A stretch of 64,000 bases of DNA, taken from assembly GCF_003704095.1 (NCBI RefSeq), contig NW_020844647.1, forward strand, positions 124,001 through 188,000, read 5' to 3'. A model generated the notes under the pieces. It had not been told where the DNA came from. It made no database searches and saw nothing but the letters and a program-made list of their open reading frames with translations. Source of the stretch: Pocillopora damicornis (Eukaryota). A program made the translations under genes and the position numbers. Shown here piece after piece: positions 1 to 19,583 of this stretch. Position 1 is the stretch's first letter. Each line of letters starts with the position of its first letter.

Positions 1-594
1 TCTTTTCTATCATCCCAGCAGACGTCACTAAATAAGGGTTCTCAGGTTGTGCATATGGCATTCCATCGACCCAGGGCATTCGCACATGCAAAGGGCGATA
101 ATCGATCTTGCCATCGTTGATTATCTGCCAGACGATTTCCTGAGTCCAAGTTGTTCCTATTAATGATAAAAAAAAAAACACTTCAATGGGTAATTTTTCC
201 CTGCAGGTATGATTATAATGGTGCATCAAGCAAGCTCGGGCACCGGCCAGGCGAAGGGTAATAGAGAGGAAGTGAGTACGATTCTTTTCGATCCCCTCCT
301 CCTCATAGAATTTTGATAAAACAGTAGCTTACGGAAGGAGCGGGGAAGCTTACGAGATTAGAACCGGCGAGAGGTCAGTGATGGGTCTGGCACTAAAAAT
401 GATAATTACGAGTGAAACGAGTAAGCATCTTACAAACCTGATCTTGGAAATGTACAAACAAAGATGTCTTCTTTCTTGGGAATTAGCTTCGGAAATGTGT
501 CCAACATTTCCTTGGTAGTGCCTTTTACCCAGACTTTTCCATCAATCACAGCGTCATTACTTGGCCCTATGGTGCTGTCTTCTGACATGGACAT
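1..594 (-). CDS. Cytosolic sulfotransferase (SULT1-like), first two coding exons; gene runs off the window
   Basis: Exons 594-438 and 156-1 with GT/AG ends and matching phase 1 give MSMSEDSTIG...EDIFVCTFPRS/GTTWTQEIVWQIINDGKID...RMPWVDG. TFPRSGTTW is the 5'-PAPS-binding loop of sulfotransferases. An acceptor near 607 implies an upstream non-coding exon. Confidence 0.88.
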
Positions 595-1229
595 TTCGTT
601 ATCAAACTAGACCAATAAATACGAAAAACTATAAATTACTTGACTGACATTAGGGAGAGAAGATTTTACTACTTTTTAAATATGGTAACTCGGAACACTA
701 TCTTTACGTATCGATTACTTGATTGATTGATAATGCTACAGCTTTCAATTTGTTTAAGTCTGAACACTGTCAGGGAAGCCTGACCAAATTCGCCTGATGC
801 AACTTTGCCAGAACCAATTTATACTCCTGAGAGGCATTGTGAGAGTGAACTGTTTTGCCAAAGAATACAACACAATGACCCCGCCATGTCTCTCTTTAAA
901 CCTGGACCTCTCTACCCGAGTTTAGTACACTCACTAGTACGCTACTTCGTCTTTCACGACACCACGATTCGTTTGCTTCCTTGAAAATAATATCGAACAA
1001 CAGCTTAGTCACTTCTCAACTAGGTTTTGACGCAAACTATACGTGTGACCATACAAACGTAGCAAGACAAATGCGGCATGTCGAGAGCGAAAATGTCGTG
1101 CACGTGGGTTACACATGGAAGTGAACCAATGTCATCCCACATTTGTTATGTCCTGGGTCCGTCACAAGCTTGTCACATGCAACAAAGTCAGTTCCGTGTA
1201 GATCGGACCTTAAATATATGATAAAATAC

Positions 1230-2010
1230 TTAAGTCGCGATCTCAGTGAAAGCGGTCCAAGGCGTTTCGCATCGGAAAAAAGTTTGCCTCAAACTTTGTC
1301 TATCTATGGTAGTTAGTAAATAAAACCATATTGGTCTCTGGAAGTAAGTTAAAAAAATTTTGAGAGCTCTCAAATTGCTAATTTCCTTCGCCTTAGTGAC
1401 CTCAGACTTTTGGTGATTTTGCTAGCTCGACAGCAGAATTATGCAAATTAGTCTGCAGTGCAAACTCCGACCGTTGATACTGATAGCTTCATAAATCTTA
1501 AATTTTAACCACTTTTAAAGAAAAGACTGAAAAGGCTTTTAGAACACACTGATTGATACTATAAACATTTTATACGGCTAAAATAAGGCAAATTATCCTG
1601 TCCCGTGATGTAAACGGTAAACAAAAAGTATTGACTATCATACTGAAACCAATTTTCAAAGAGTTTCTCATTAAAACGTTGACCGAACGCTAATCAATAT
1701 GAGTCACTCAGGGGAAGGAAATTAATAAGTACACGATATTTTTATATACAAACGATTTCTCGCAGGACGTAGTGTGTTACGAGGAGAGAGCTTATCAACT
1801 TTTGAAATTTTCGATGTCGCAAGAGGTCAGAAAGGGATCTTTTGCAGCTTCGATTATTGAGAGTTCTCAGTATTTTTATTAATGTATTCCCAGAAACCAA
1901 TGTGGTTTTATCTACTTATCACCAAAAATAGTTTAATGGGCAAAGTTTGAGGCAAAACTTTTTTCCGATACGAAACGGCTTAGACCGCTCTTACAGAGAT
2001 CGACGCCTAA
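1230..2010. mobile_element. Non-autonomous DNA transposon with long imperfect TIRs (Kolobok-like ends)
   Basis: About 1230-1375 is the imperfect reverse complement of about 1855-2010 (e.g. gtttcgcatcggaaaaaagtttgcctcaaactttg vs caaagtttgaggcaaaacttttttccgatacgaaac). Flanks are TTAA and CTAA. No ORF. Confidence 0.65.
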
Positions 2011-3799
2011 CTGCCTCCGTTATGTAATCGAAAATCAGTAATTCTGTATTCTTTGTCGCTGTCATTGATTTGAATTTCTTGAATTTTCGACGTCTTCACG
2101 TAAATGGAAAGTAGCGCGCTCATTTACTTCAGCAAAGATGCTATCGCGTGAGATCAGATAAACATTTGCCCAGACCTACCATGTTTTTCCGCCCGCTTCA
2201 CTTTTACCGAACATGATTCTTACAAATGTTGAAACAAAAATTGGACATTATTGTACATTATGTGGACGCCAATTAATTTAACTTTCATGCGTTAAAATAC
2301 AATGTGCTCTTCATCTATGAGCTCTAAAAATTACAGGGGAGGAGGCAGGTCAAAGTAAAACATGAATTAAAAAAGGAGGGCCCCCATTAATTTCAGTCCT
2401 CATTAAAGGAGGATCCTCACCTTTCCAGATTCCAACCTTTTAAAACTCGCAAATCTTGTGACCAATTCCGTATATCAATGTTTAGTTTGGGTATAAGCAT
2501 TGATAAGAAACACCGTGCATTAATGAAAGCTTGAGCGAGAGCATTTAATGCAATCTAAATAATAATGTTACATGTTACAATGTGGTAACTTACACGGCAA
2601 AACTATATAATCACACAATTCTAAACAAAGGAAGTCAGGCTATCGACTCACCTGCTTCAACTTTGAGGGCTTATTAGGTACAGAGAAATAGATATGGCAA
2701 ACAGTTACAATTAATACAAAGTTGAAAGTTTGAAAGCTAAAATATATACATTGCAATCATCAGACCCTATGTATCCTAGCAAAGAAAGGGTCAATTACAA
2801 CAATTACTTCACCCAAATATTCATGCTTACAGGAAGTCATTAATTTTTATCACCAGGTGGTACTGTACTTACAATAGTTCTACCGACACAAGTACATTTT
2901 TCTTAAGTTATCTCATAACATATGACTGTTCAGGTCATGTGGAAAGTTCCTGCATAGGGCTAACATTTCAATTACTTCAGCAAACTGTAATCATAAGAAT
3001 TGCAAGCCAAGGTGTATTTACCAAGTGCTCAAGTTTCCAAATTAGTCACCTAATTGTTACAGTGGAGTTCACTCCTTTTTGAGGCTATCGTCAGCTTGAT
3101 CATCCTGTAACAAGGGAAAACATCAAATGTTACTCACATATTCAAATAATTACTTGAATCAAAATTTATAATTTTTTGAATAACCTGATTCCTTTAATTA
3201 TGCTCCAGAAATAGTAAATGATATTGAAGAGAAAAGAAGAAAGTTCTTGAATGTAGAATCCAAAATCTAACTAACTCACTGGTGAATAGGAAAAAGCTCA
3301 TTGTGTTTTTACTGCTTCTGTCATTCTAAATATTACAAATCAATCACGCCGCCAAAAATTGCAAAATACTGAGAATTACTGTTCAACTACAACCTCACCA
3401 GTTTGATTTCCCGCTCAAAACGCGTGTTGCAGATTATTTGCTCACGCAGCTTCACATCTACTGGCTCACGTGAAGCCCTCGTGTAATGCCTAGCCGTATG
3501 CCCGCGGTACGCTGCACTAAAGCTCGGCACTCGAGTATGCGCACTTCATTGTGATCTGCCAGTGTCCCCTGGCACTAATGGGGTATCCTGGTTACGTACG
3601 CTATCACGCCTGCGCATTACCTTCTCCTTTGCCCTTCCATTGCGTAATGTCTAAGTACGTACCCGCAATGCACTTGGCCGCGCATGCTAAAAGCAGCACC
3701 TCGAACAGTTGGTCGTACGGTCGTAAGTCCAAAATTTTTCGGCTTGATGGGTTACAACTATTTCGTATAACTATGGGGCTACACTGCGAGCTCCGCAAT

Positions 3800-4080
3800 T
3801 AGAGAGTTTAAGAAACGACGATGGTTAGTTTCTCGCTGTCCAAACTATTTCAAAACTGAATATGGAACGCAGCGTTAAATTAGAAATAGAAATTTAAAAA
3901 ATTAGCCGTCGTCGTTCACGTTTTCCAGAGAACGCAAAGTTTGGTTATGTCACGTTATTGTTTTGCAGAGGACGCAAAGAAATTTACAAAGATTTATAAC
4001 GCACGTGCATAGCTATTGTTTTGCTTATTAAACCTTTTGTGACGTTCCCGTTACCGTTGTGGTTTTTTAAACTCCCTACT
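3800..4080. repeat. Short interspersed repeat/MITE with terminal inverted repeats
   Basis: Starts tagagagtttaagaaac and ends ttttttaaactccctac (inverted match). Confidence 0.45.
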
Positions 4081-4939
4081 ATTATTGAAACAGGAACGTG
4101 AATTTATTTTTACATGGCAAACCTCTCCTTGCAATACTTTAGCACGACTATTTATGTATACCAACACCAGAGGAAACTGGTGTTATTCAGTTAAGAATGA
4201 AGCACTTACTTGCAAAATGAAGTAAAAGTTTTCAGGGCTCTGAAGACAGTCTATAACGTGTCAATGAGTACCACACTGAGAAAGAGTCCGTTATCCAAAA
4301 GAGGGTAGCAAAGGGTTTTTGCTTGACACGTGATGGCCCCAAAATCTGCAGGGTAACGCGTGATTGAACCCAAATGGATCCTTGTGTTTGCACAAAGACT
4401 TCCGGGATCGTCACGGGGCAAACATTGCAAGTAGGTGGCGAAAGGTTGTGTCGACGTCCATAAAAACGATTTTGGAGAGAGATCAACGCATTTTCGACAC
4501 AGTTTTAGCATCAATGGAGTAAAATAATGTTGATACGAGGAAAGTGTAAGTTTTGTTTTGTCATACCAGTTCTCGCGAGATAACTTGTGAGCCATGTTCA
4601 AAACTACGAAAAAATTGTCAAAACTACGACTACTGACTTATTAAATAACAAACTGTGATGACTATGGTGCCCAGACGAACACCTCAGATGTCGAATTGAA
4701 AAAAATAAAAAAATCTTCGCGAACAGAACTTCCCGGAAGGTGAAGCAAACAACAAGCTATTGGATGAAGAGGATACTCAACGGAGCAACTTGAATAGTTA
4801 ATACGTACGGCTTAACTCTTGTGCTAAATATTCTAATTCTTTAATTTGTTTTTTCTGTGTTTGATACTTGTAACGCACGATGTGATATTGCGATACGAAG
4901 CATGTGTAAACGCTCTAGGTGCGTCTACTTTCGACAAGT

Positions 4940-5095
4940 NNNNNNNNNNNNNNNNNNNNNNNNNNNNNNNNNNNNNNNNNNNNNNNNNNNNNNNNNNNNN
5001 NNNNNNNNNNNNNNNNNNNNNNNNNNNNNNNNNNNNNNNNNNNNNNNNNNNNNNNNNNNNNNNNNNNNNNNNNNNNNNNNNNNNNNNNNNNNNNN
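4940..5095. other. Assembly gap (N run)
   Basis: 156 N. Confidence 1.
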
Positions 5096-6163
5096 TCCTT
5101 TGCCTCTCTGTCGAAACGTATCACGACTTCTCCTGCTTCATGCATGATTGACTTATGATCCGAAAAACGAAATCTATTTGTGAAACAGTCGTCCGAAATA
5201 AATGGAGAGTTTAGGAGAAAGCAGGCACACCCGATCAGTAGTTTCAGCTGGAATAGCCAGGAAAAATGTTCCATTAAAACTTTTTTCGGAAATTCACATA
5301 AAATTTATCTCCAGCAGTAAATCAGTTTCCTTTTTCACAGAGGTAAAGGCATCTAGTGCATGAAGTCATTCTTTCCAAAACATAAATTACATTCAAACTG
5401 AATTTAGGTTCGCTCAGCTTTACGCGTGAGAATGGAGGAAGACATACGCCTACTGTTAGATGCACTCTTAGTTCTGAACGAGTTTGCACCCTTACCGTAT
5501 CCAACTTAACGTATATCCTTGTAGCAAAAGCAAAATAATCACACTGGAATATTGGGAGCCAATGATAACTCAGAGCGAACACAAGTAGCCGCCGTCACGC
5601 GCAGGAAGTCGCACGTAACCGTAGCTTCCTTCTTCCGTCTTTGTTTGATCTCGTCACGCAACGCGTGGGAAGAGGTTACTTCGCGTGACGACTAGATCAA
5701 ACAAAGGCTGCGAAGAAGATAAATGTAACCGGGACCAAATCACAAATGGTTTAAGTATTGCACCTGATTGGTGGGAAAGTCGGCGCCAACTTTCACGATG
5801 AATCAAGGTGCGCAGCGGAGCAGAACTACAGCAATTTCGGACTATTGTCGACCCTCAATTGAAAATTGCTCCGGCTACCGTGCTCGCTGCGTGAAAAACT
5901 TCGAAAAGAGCGTTGCCCTTTCTTTAAGTGTTTAAGTATGTTGAAAACACTGTCTGGCACGCTTAATAAAATCTAGATCCTAAAAGAGATGCTCAATTCT
6001 TTCAGTACTGAGTGTATAGGCATGTATCAATGACATCTTGCAAACTTTTATCTTCGTTAAATTAACAGCCTTCCTCTTATATTCTCAGCCAGGGTCTTCT
6101 CATATAAACTCAGCAACAGTCGCCCAAAACCGAAATTTGGTTAACAACTGGTACAAGGAGGCC

Positions 6164-9100
6164 TCATTTTGGTACTAGGGGCTTGCGGAGTTCGTTTGTG
6201 AGCCAAAGAGCAATTGTTAACAATGACACAGCACCAGCTTGATGTAACGCAGCGAGATGAGTTGGAACATATAACAAAAGTGTAGAAATACCTAGAGTGA
6301 CCTGAAATAGAAAAAAAAGTCAAATAAAAAAAACGATGACTCAGAAAGAGTGTAAAGTAGAGAAACTGAATCAAAAGACTGCTTAAGCCTGCAGTGATTT
6401 TGCGAGCGAGAGCTTATTATATTCTTGGAGAAAATTATAGCTACCATCTTTGATTTCTGTGTCAACGGAAGGTTGGGGAGAGAAAGAAATTTGTACCAAC
6501 TTTATACCAAGTCTGTCTCGTATCTGAAATTTGTTCTGAGGAAAAAGGCGCGAATAAAAAATAATTTTCCAGGACATACGAAGTTGGGGAAAGAAGATTT
6601 AACTCCTATGAGTGACAAGGACAAAATTTCTCTATACAATATCAATACAATATCAAGCACATAAGGTATGAGAAAAAATGCATCAATTAGGGATTGTATG
6701 TTGATCCAATACCAAATTCTTCCAACTAACATCGTAAAAATCGTATGGCGTACAGTAAGGAGAATTACTAATGAAAACTCGGGAGTGAAAGGGTGAGGCT
6801 ATGTTATGAGGACTACACAATGATTACAACCAAGGAACATCTCGATCCTAGGCTCGAAACGGAAACTGAAAGCTATAAAATACACACTATAGGGTTAGAA
6901 GTTTTCAAATTTGTTGGAAGTTTTAAAATCAGAATTACGTCACCTGCATAGCGGACATTCCCAGCAGACAGTTTAACGCTATGTTAGCTCTTCCAGGCAG
7001 TTTTAGTGGTCTCGCGAGTAAAAACAGAATGGCAATGGAAGACACAGTGGTTGTTCCCTACAAAGAAGAATATTTCAGTGCGTGATCAGTCGTTAATTCT
7101 GCGAATGGAATTGTTCTTTCACCATTTGTCACACAAGGCAATAGCAAGATGTCACGCAACACAGGAAGGAGGCATTAAAATGATCAGAAATCCTTCACAC
7201 TGTACAAAAATTTTCCGTCCTTTCTTTGACCAGCCCACGTGCGTTTGTTTTTAACTGGATTACTCAAAGCACTAGCTACCAGAAAAAGTTACCACAATAT
7301 TTAATCAAAAGCATCAACTCACAAGAATTCTGTGTACAAACTGAGTTGTTGTTGGGTTTTCGAAAAAGTTTTTCCATTTCGGTTCGAGCGCGAACAAATC
7401 GCTTGGAATCCAACGGTCTGCCATCTTGGGAAAAGAGTTATAAACAAGACCAGCGTCCAAACCTGCGACAAACGCACCTGTAAGGAGAGGGGTGGAGTTG
7501 ATTACATAAGTTTGTACACTGAGAGAGAAGCCACCATAGACGAAGTGAACTACGAAACGTGATAATGCCGCATGAAAAAGTCAATAATTTACAAACTTAA
7601 GCCGGAAACAATAAGATCGCACGAAGAGAAGGGGAGTTTGTTAGGTGGGTTAGTTCAGGCAGATTGGAAACGTGCGAAGCCGCGTGAAGAAAACGCACGC
7701 GGAGGCCAGCGCACATGTACGGGGAGAAACGCACGAAGGCCTAAGAAGAGACAGGAGTAGATTCGAACTTCGGGGGCTACACAGCCTGCAATAAATGCCA
7801 CCATAATTTCTCATTTTCTAGAAATACTGTAATTTTCTGTGTGGAACTGAGACAGCAAACCAGTCTCGAAAATATGAGACTGCTAGTTGATACAGAGATA
7901 CAACGGTACGCTTTAAGCAATGTCAGTTTGATTCTCACCTGAAACAGCAGTGAGCGCTACAAAGCCCTTGCATGTGTGAGCAAATCTTCTGAACTGCCTT
8001 AGTTGTGAGGTCATGACATACTACAATAAACAGAACAAGCTAGGATAAGGTCACAAATAAAATAAATTAACGAAAAATAACCACATTCTACAGCCTTTAA
8101 ACTTATTTAACTATAAAGTATCTCTCTGCTTTCTGTAAGTTTTCAACCCTTAACCCCTAAGATTTCATTGATGACTCTCCCTACTGGCTACTACACATTT
8201 CCTTGTAAATTAGTTATGAGAATTTGGCATTAGATCAAGATAAAAACTTCTACTTGATAAGGTTTGAGTAATCTCATTACCTGTTTGCTAAGTAATGTAT
8301 GGATAATTTATGAAGAAGTTACATCTTGATCTCTTCTGGGAGTTAAAGGTTTAAGAGTTAGAAATTCACTATTTGTGCATCTTGAAAAAAAATTTGACCA
8401 CACTTACTCTTGGTTGAGGGATGAACTGACTCAGGCCACACCACACTAGACCAGAATACAGAAGAAAAGCAAGCGACAGATGCGCAGCAAGGCGGTACTG
8501 ACTGACCCGAGGTATCTCTGTTTTACTGATATGTTCTTCATCAAGGCCACTCTTCACCATGTACCAGCCCATCAAACCCTGTCATAGACATTGAGAGATA
8601 ATAAGGGGTGTGTGTGTTAGTGTGGGGGGGAGGCATTATTGTATTATTGTCACTGCGTCCATGAAATGGTAGTTAAAATAGATACCAGTAGGTCTGTATA
8701 GGGAAAAATTGGACCTGAGGCCTTGATAACTGCCACTAGCCTTTGGCCTGCGGAAACAGTACAGACCAAGGGCACACTTTTTTCCAGACAGACCAACCCA
8801 GATCAGACTCATCAAATATTTTTGCAGCTGGTTTCTATTTTTCTGCTGGCATAATCGAGAGGGTAAGTGTACATTTCTTTCTTCCTTTTGCTTCTGCTGT
8901 TCAGTAATAGATCACAGATGTTGTCAAACTGTGGTAAGAACAAAAAAGTGATACATGACACGCATTTGAAAGTAGAAATTAGACATTAGTGTCCAAAATC
9001 AGAAGCTAGTCTCTAAAATTGGACACTAGTATCTAAAATCAAACACTAATGTCTAAAATTGGATACCAGAGTCCAAAATTGGACACAAGTGTCTAAAATC

Positions 9101-11010
9101 CGACACTAGTGTCTAATGTTGGTCAATAGGATCTAAAACTGGACACAAATTGAATTTCAGATAACAAAAAACTTTCTTTGTGCCATTAAAAAATTGTAAA
9201 GAAATCTTTTAGTTTCTACCTGACTCAGTAACAGTGCTCCAAACACTCCAACTCTCATCTTCAATCCTTTATTAAACCAGCCCTTGTACCAGAAGTATCC
9301 TGCTGGGAGATAAAATGCAACTCCAACCAAACGACCCCACATTCTGTGAGCATACTCCATGTACCAGATCCACTTAAACTGTGCAAGACTGATTCCTTGG
9401 TTGGTACTATAAAAAAAAATGCACCTTTGTTATTAGATTCAAGGATCAAGTCAAGATGCCTAATAATCCTCTGCATCCAAGGGCTTAAAGTTAGAAATCT
9501 TTTGTGGATGATCTGATTAAAAAACATCATTTCCAAAAAAATTTGGGGTGGAGATGCAATCCCATATTGAAGCAATGAAGGTGATTTTTAGGAACTCTGA
9601 AAAAAGGAAGGGCGCCTAGTAAGTAAAAAGTAGCAGGATCACTCCATTAGAAGAACTCTCCCTTAGATCTTGTTTTATTTGCATATTACTGTTTGGGCTT
9701 TGTGTTCCTCCACTCTAGTAAGTCCAGCATCTTAATTTAAGGGAGGAGTGTAAGCTCATACTTGGCACAGAGGCTTTTTACTGGACTCAAGTATGATCAT
9801 CAGGATTGTTCTTCTTACTATTTATATTCAGGAAACTTCTGGTATTTTTCAAACTCCTTCTCCCATTCCTCTTGTGTTGTTGGTGGCTTCATTCCTTTGA
9901 TCAGATGCCAGTCAACCATTGACAAACCAGATTCTGTCAGCCGTGTGACTCCTCCCAGAACAACGGAGCCAACTGCCATGCCAGCACATCCCAATAACCA
10001 GAAGCCTTAAAAATAGGTGAAAATTATGGTGCTTTCATTAATTCATATTAACTGATGACTGTTAATATGTGTTAACAATGCTTATGGTTTAGGAAATGTA
10101 AAGTGAAAAGGCTGCATCTACAACTGATAACAGCGTGAAACCAAATGTTATTAAAAATGATTCTACAAATAATACTTATTATAATATTCATCTTTCTGAC
10201 AGAGAAAGTAACAAAAGAGGAAGAAGAGAGAATATAGTTCTCCTCTACCACTTAAGTTTTAAAAATCAAAATACATGAATTGTTAAAATTTTTTTTTTCT
10301 GGTAAATGTTGTCTTGACCTTCTCTTTCCCAGCAATAGAAAAAATAAGTTTACAGTACTCAAGGTTTCAGAAATAGCGATTGACTTTGTTTTGTATCCAC
10401 TGCTAACGACCTGATTAAAATCCCTGCCATTCTTTGACAGCAGTGCACTATGCTCTAAACCAAGATAACCAGACCCGTCAATAAGCTACGATCCAAACCC
10501 GGAAGAAAATTTCTATACCTGTTATTTTGGAGGCTCTGGGAGAGATTTCAGCTGTTGCTGTTGCTGTAGAAGCCTCTGTGGTAAGTAACTTGCGGCATCC
10601 TCTTGATAAATTTCCGAGTCTTACCTGAAACTTTGAGCATCAGATGGTAATGATCACATTACTGTGCTACAGTTAATATAGGCAATAAAATTGATGGAGG
10701 CTATGTTATGTAATCGCACTAACTCTATTTCATCATACTTTACAGACAAACATTTCGTTCCAGTATTTTTGACATTTTTCTAAGTCAACCCAAATACCGA
10801 ATTAGCTTCAACATCCAGTAGAAACATGCTTGAATGTACTAGATCTAATTTCAGTTCCATTTACACGAACTAGACAAGCTTGAAACCGAAGCGAAACATT
10901 AACAAGAAAATTGTAAAAAAAAAAAGGAGAACAAACGTTTTCCTCACCGATTGTCGCGGCAGAGCATTTAACGAGCAAAGACCTCTGATAGTACACCCTA
11001 ACCGTAACAT
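6164..11010 (-). CDS. COX15: Heme A synthase COX15 (9 exons, about 400 aa)
   Basis: Exons 11010-10948, 10624-10519, 10005-9819, 9406-9220, 8578-8408, 8020-7939, 7477-7323, 7057-6944 and 6301-6164 are phase-consistent (1203 nt). Motifs: [80 protein letters not shown]. The N-terminus [11 protein letters not shown] looks like a mitochondrial presequence. Confidence 0.96.
8143..8354. mobile_element. About 210-bp MITE, TTAA/CCC-ended (piggyBac-like) family, in a COX15 intron
   Basis: aacccttaacccctaag ... ctgggagttaaaggtttaa. Related copies at about 6597-6795, 12684-12886, 13278-13493 and 20622-20833. Confidence 0.6.
8975..9148. repeat. About 20-bp minisatellite (gtctaaaattggacactagt-like), roughly 8-9 degenerate units, intronic
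   Basis: Head-to-tail repetition without unique spacers. Confidence 0.85.
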
Positions 11011-11270
11011 TGTCGTCAAAAATACGTAATTTTACAAGCGTGACATTAAAACATGAACTCAAAGAGGATCCACATAATATTCGTTCACGAAGCAAGGCTT
11101 AAACGCGGGAAACTGGGTCAAACTATAACTCTTATACGACACATTTGCCTCAAAATGTGAATCCGCTAGATTCATGTGGGCTCACTATTGCATTTGCTTT
11201 CTGCTTTTTGTCAAATCCTTTACCACTTTCATATAGAAGTCTTTCATTGAAAAATTGCTGCATTTCTTAT
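11011..11270. promoter_or_regulatory. Bidirectional promoter region between COX15 and PUS1
   Basis: Only 260 bp separate the divergent start codons at 11010 (-) and 11271 (+). Confidence 0.7.
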
Positions 11271-18438
<7,168 letters not shown>

Positions 18439-19244
18439 GAATAAATGCAATCGTCACGGTTGTTGGGGAAGCAAATGTTGTATAATTTTAAGAAAAACAA
18501 TTAAAGAAACTCATTTTTAGCTATCCGTTTGCTTGAGTTAGTCATCCAGAGAACTCATCCTTTAAGAAGATTGAAAAATTGTTTTGCATTTGGAACACGC
18601 ACACAGTGATACTTTTGTTTTAGAAACGTGCGCAAAAGAGCAGAACCTGCCAAAATATGCTGGAGTTTTAAAACAATTTTTTTGTTAGAATGGTATCAGT
18701 CTAAGTCGAGTTGTATTTCCCTTTGATCATGATAGTTGACCATAATCCCCAATCATTAAGAATATTTAATATAACTACAGAAAACATAGAATCAAACCAG
18801 GTTAAATCCATTGTAATCTAAAATAGTTCTCATGCAACCAACTTCCTTCTTAGTAAGACTATTCAATCAGGTAGCGAGAATTATTTTATTTTGCATTTGT
18901 GCGGGCAAGCGTGCCATTTTAGTTACAATTCTTAACGCAAAACTAAAAGCAGCATCAATACGAACAACAACAATAGCGTACTCAATTGTTGGTTTTTGGG
19001 GGGGGAGAGGGGCGGGGTGTTTTTAGTATTTTTCCAGCGCTGCTGTCAATAGACCTCTTCAGCTTGTATGCTTTGTGTCTTTCAGGTCGTGTGACGATAC
19101 TCTAGGGAAATGTTTCTTTTAAATTTTTTCTTTCAAATTTCCTCTTATTCACGTCCAGACGTACGCATATGTAATTTATAGGTAAAGCTGGCAATTAAGA
19201 CCTGAAACGGGTAAACTAAGAATACAAGCTGTAGAAACACGGCA

Positions 19245-19460
19245 GGGGTAAGTTTCTAAAGAAACTGTGGTGTTGCGTTAGTGGGAGAGTAAATTGGCCT
19301 TCGTTTAGAGTTTCAAAGCTGATGTTTAGAGCGTTAGCCCTTCGTCCGAACAGAACCTCCCGTTCTGACGGAGGGCTAACGCCCGAAACGTCAGCTTTTA
19401 AACTCTAAACGGTGGCCAAGTTACATTATTGACTCGGACGATAATACCAAGTTACCTTGT
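19245..19460. mobile_element. Penelope-like element-derived palindromic repeat with degenerate hammerhead-like motifs
   Basis: Inverted arms at about 19294-19348 and 19363-19419; ctgacggagggctaacgcccgaaac. Same family as 23494-23730. Confidence 0.55.
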
Positions 19461-19583
19461 TATACAAGCTGTAGAGGTCTATTATAAAGTAATTTCTCTT
19501 AGAACTTATTCTGGCTATAACTGTGCGGCCAGAAAGTACGTCCAGCGACTCTCTGGTCTGTTATATGGCAGCAATACAGAGTT

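Noticed and set aside
4846-5274. ORFs spanning N runs (also 21658-22029 and 31520-31900)
   Set aside because: Open only because of assembly gaps.
8975-9148. CRISPR-like array
   Set aside because: Head-to-tail degenerate units with no unique spacers or cas genes, in a eukaryotic intron.
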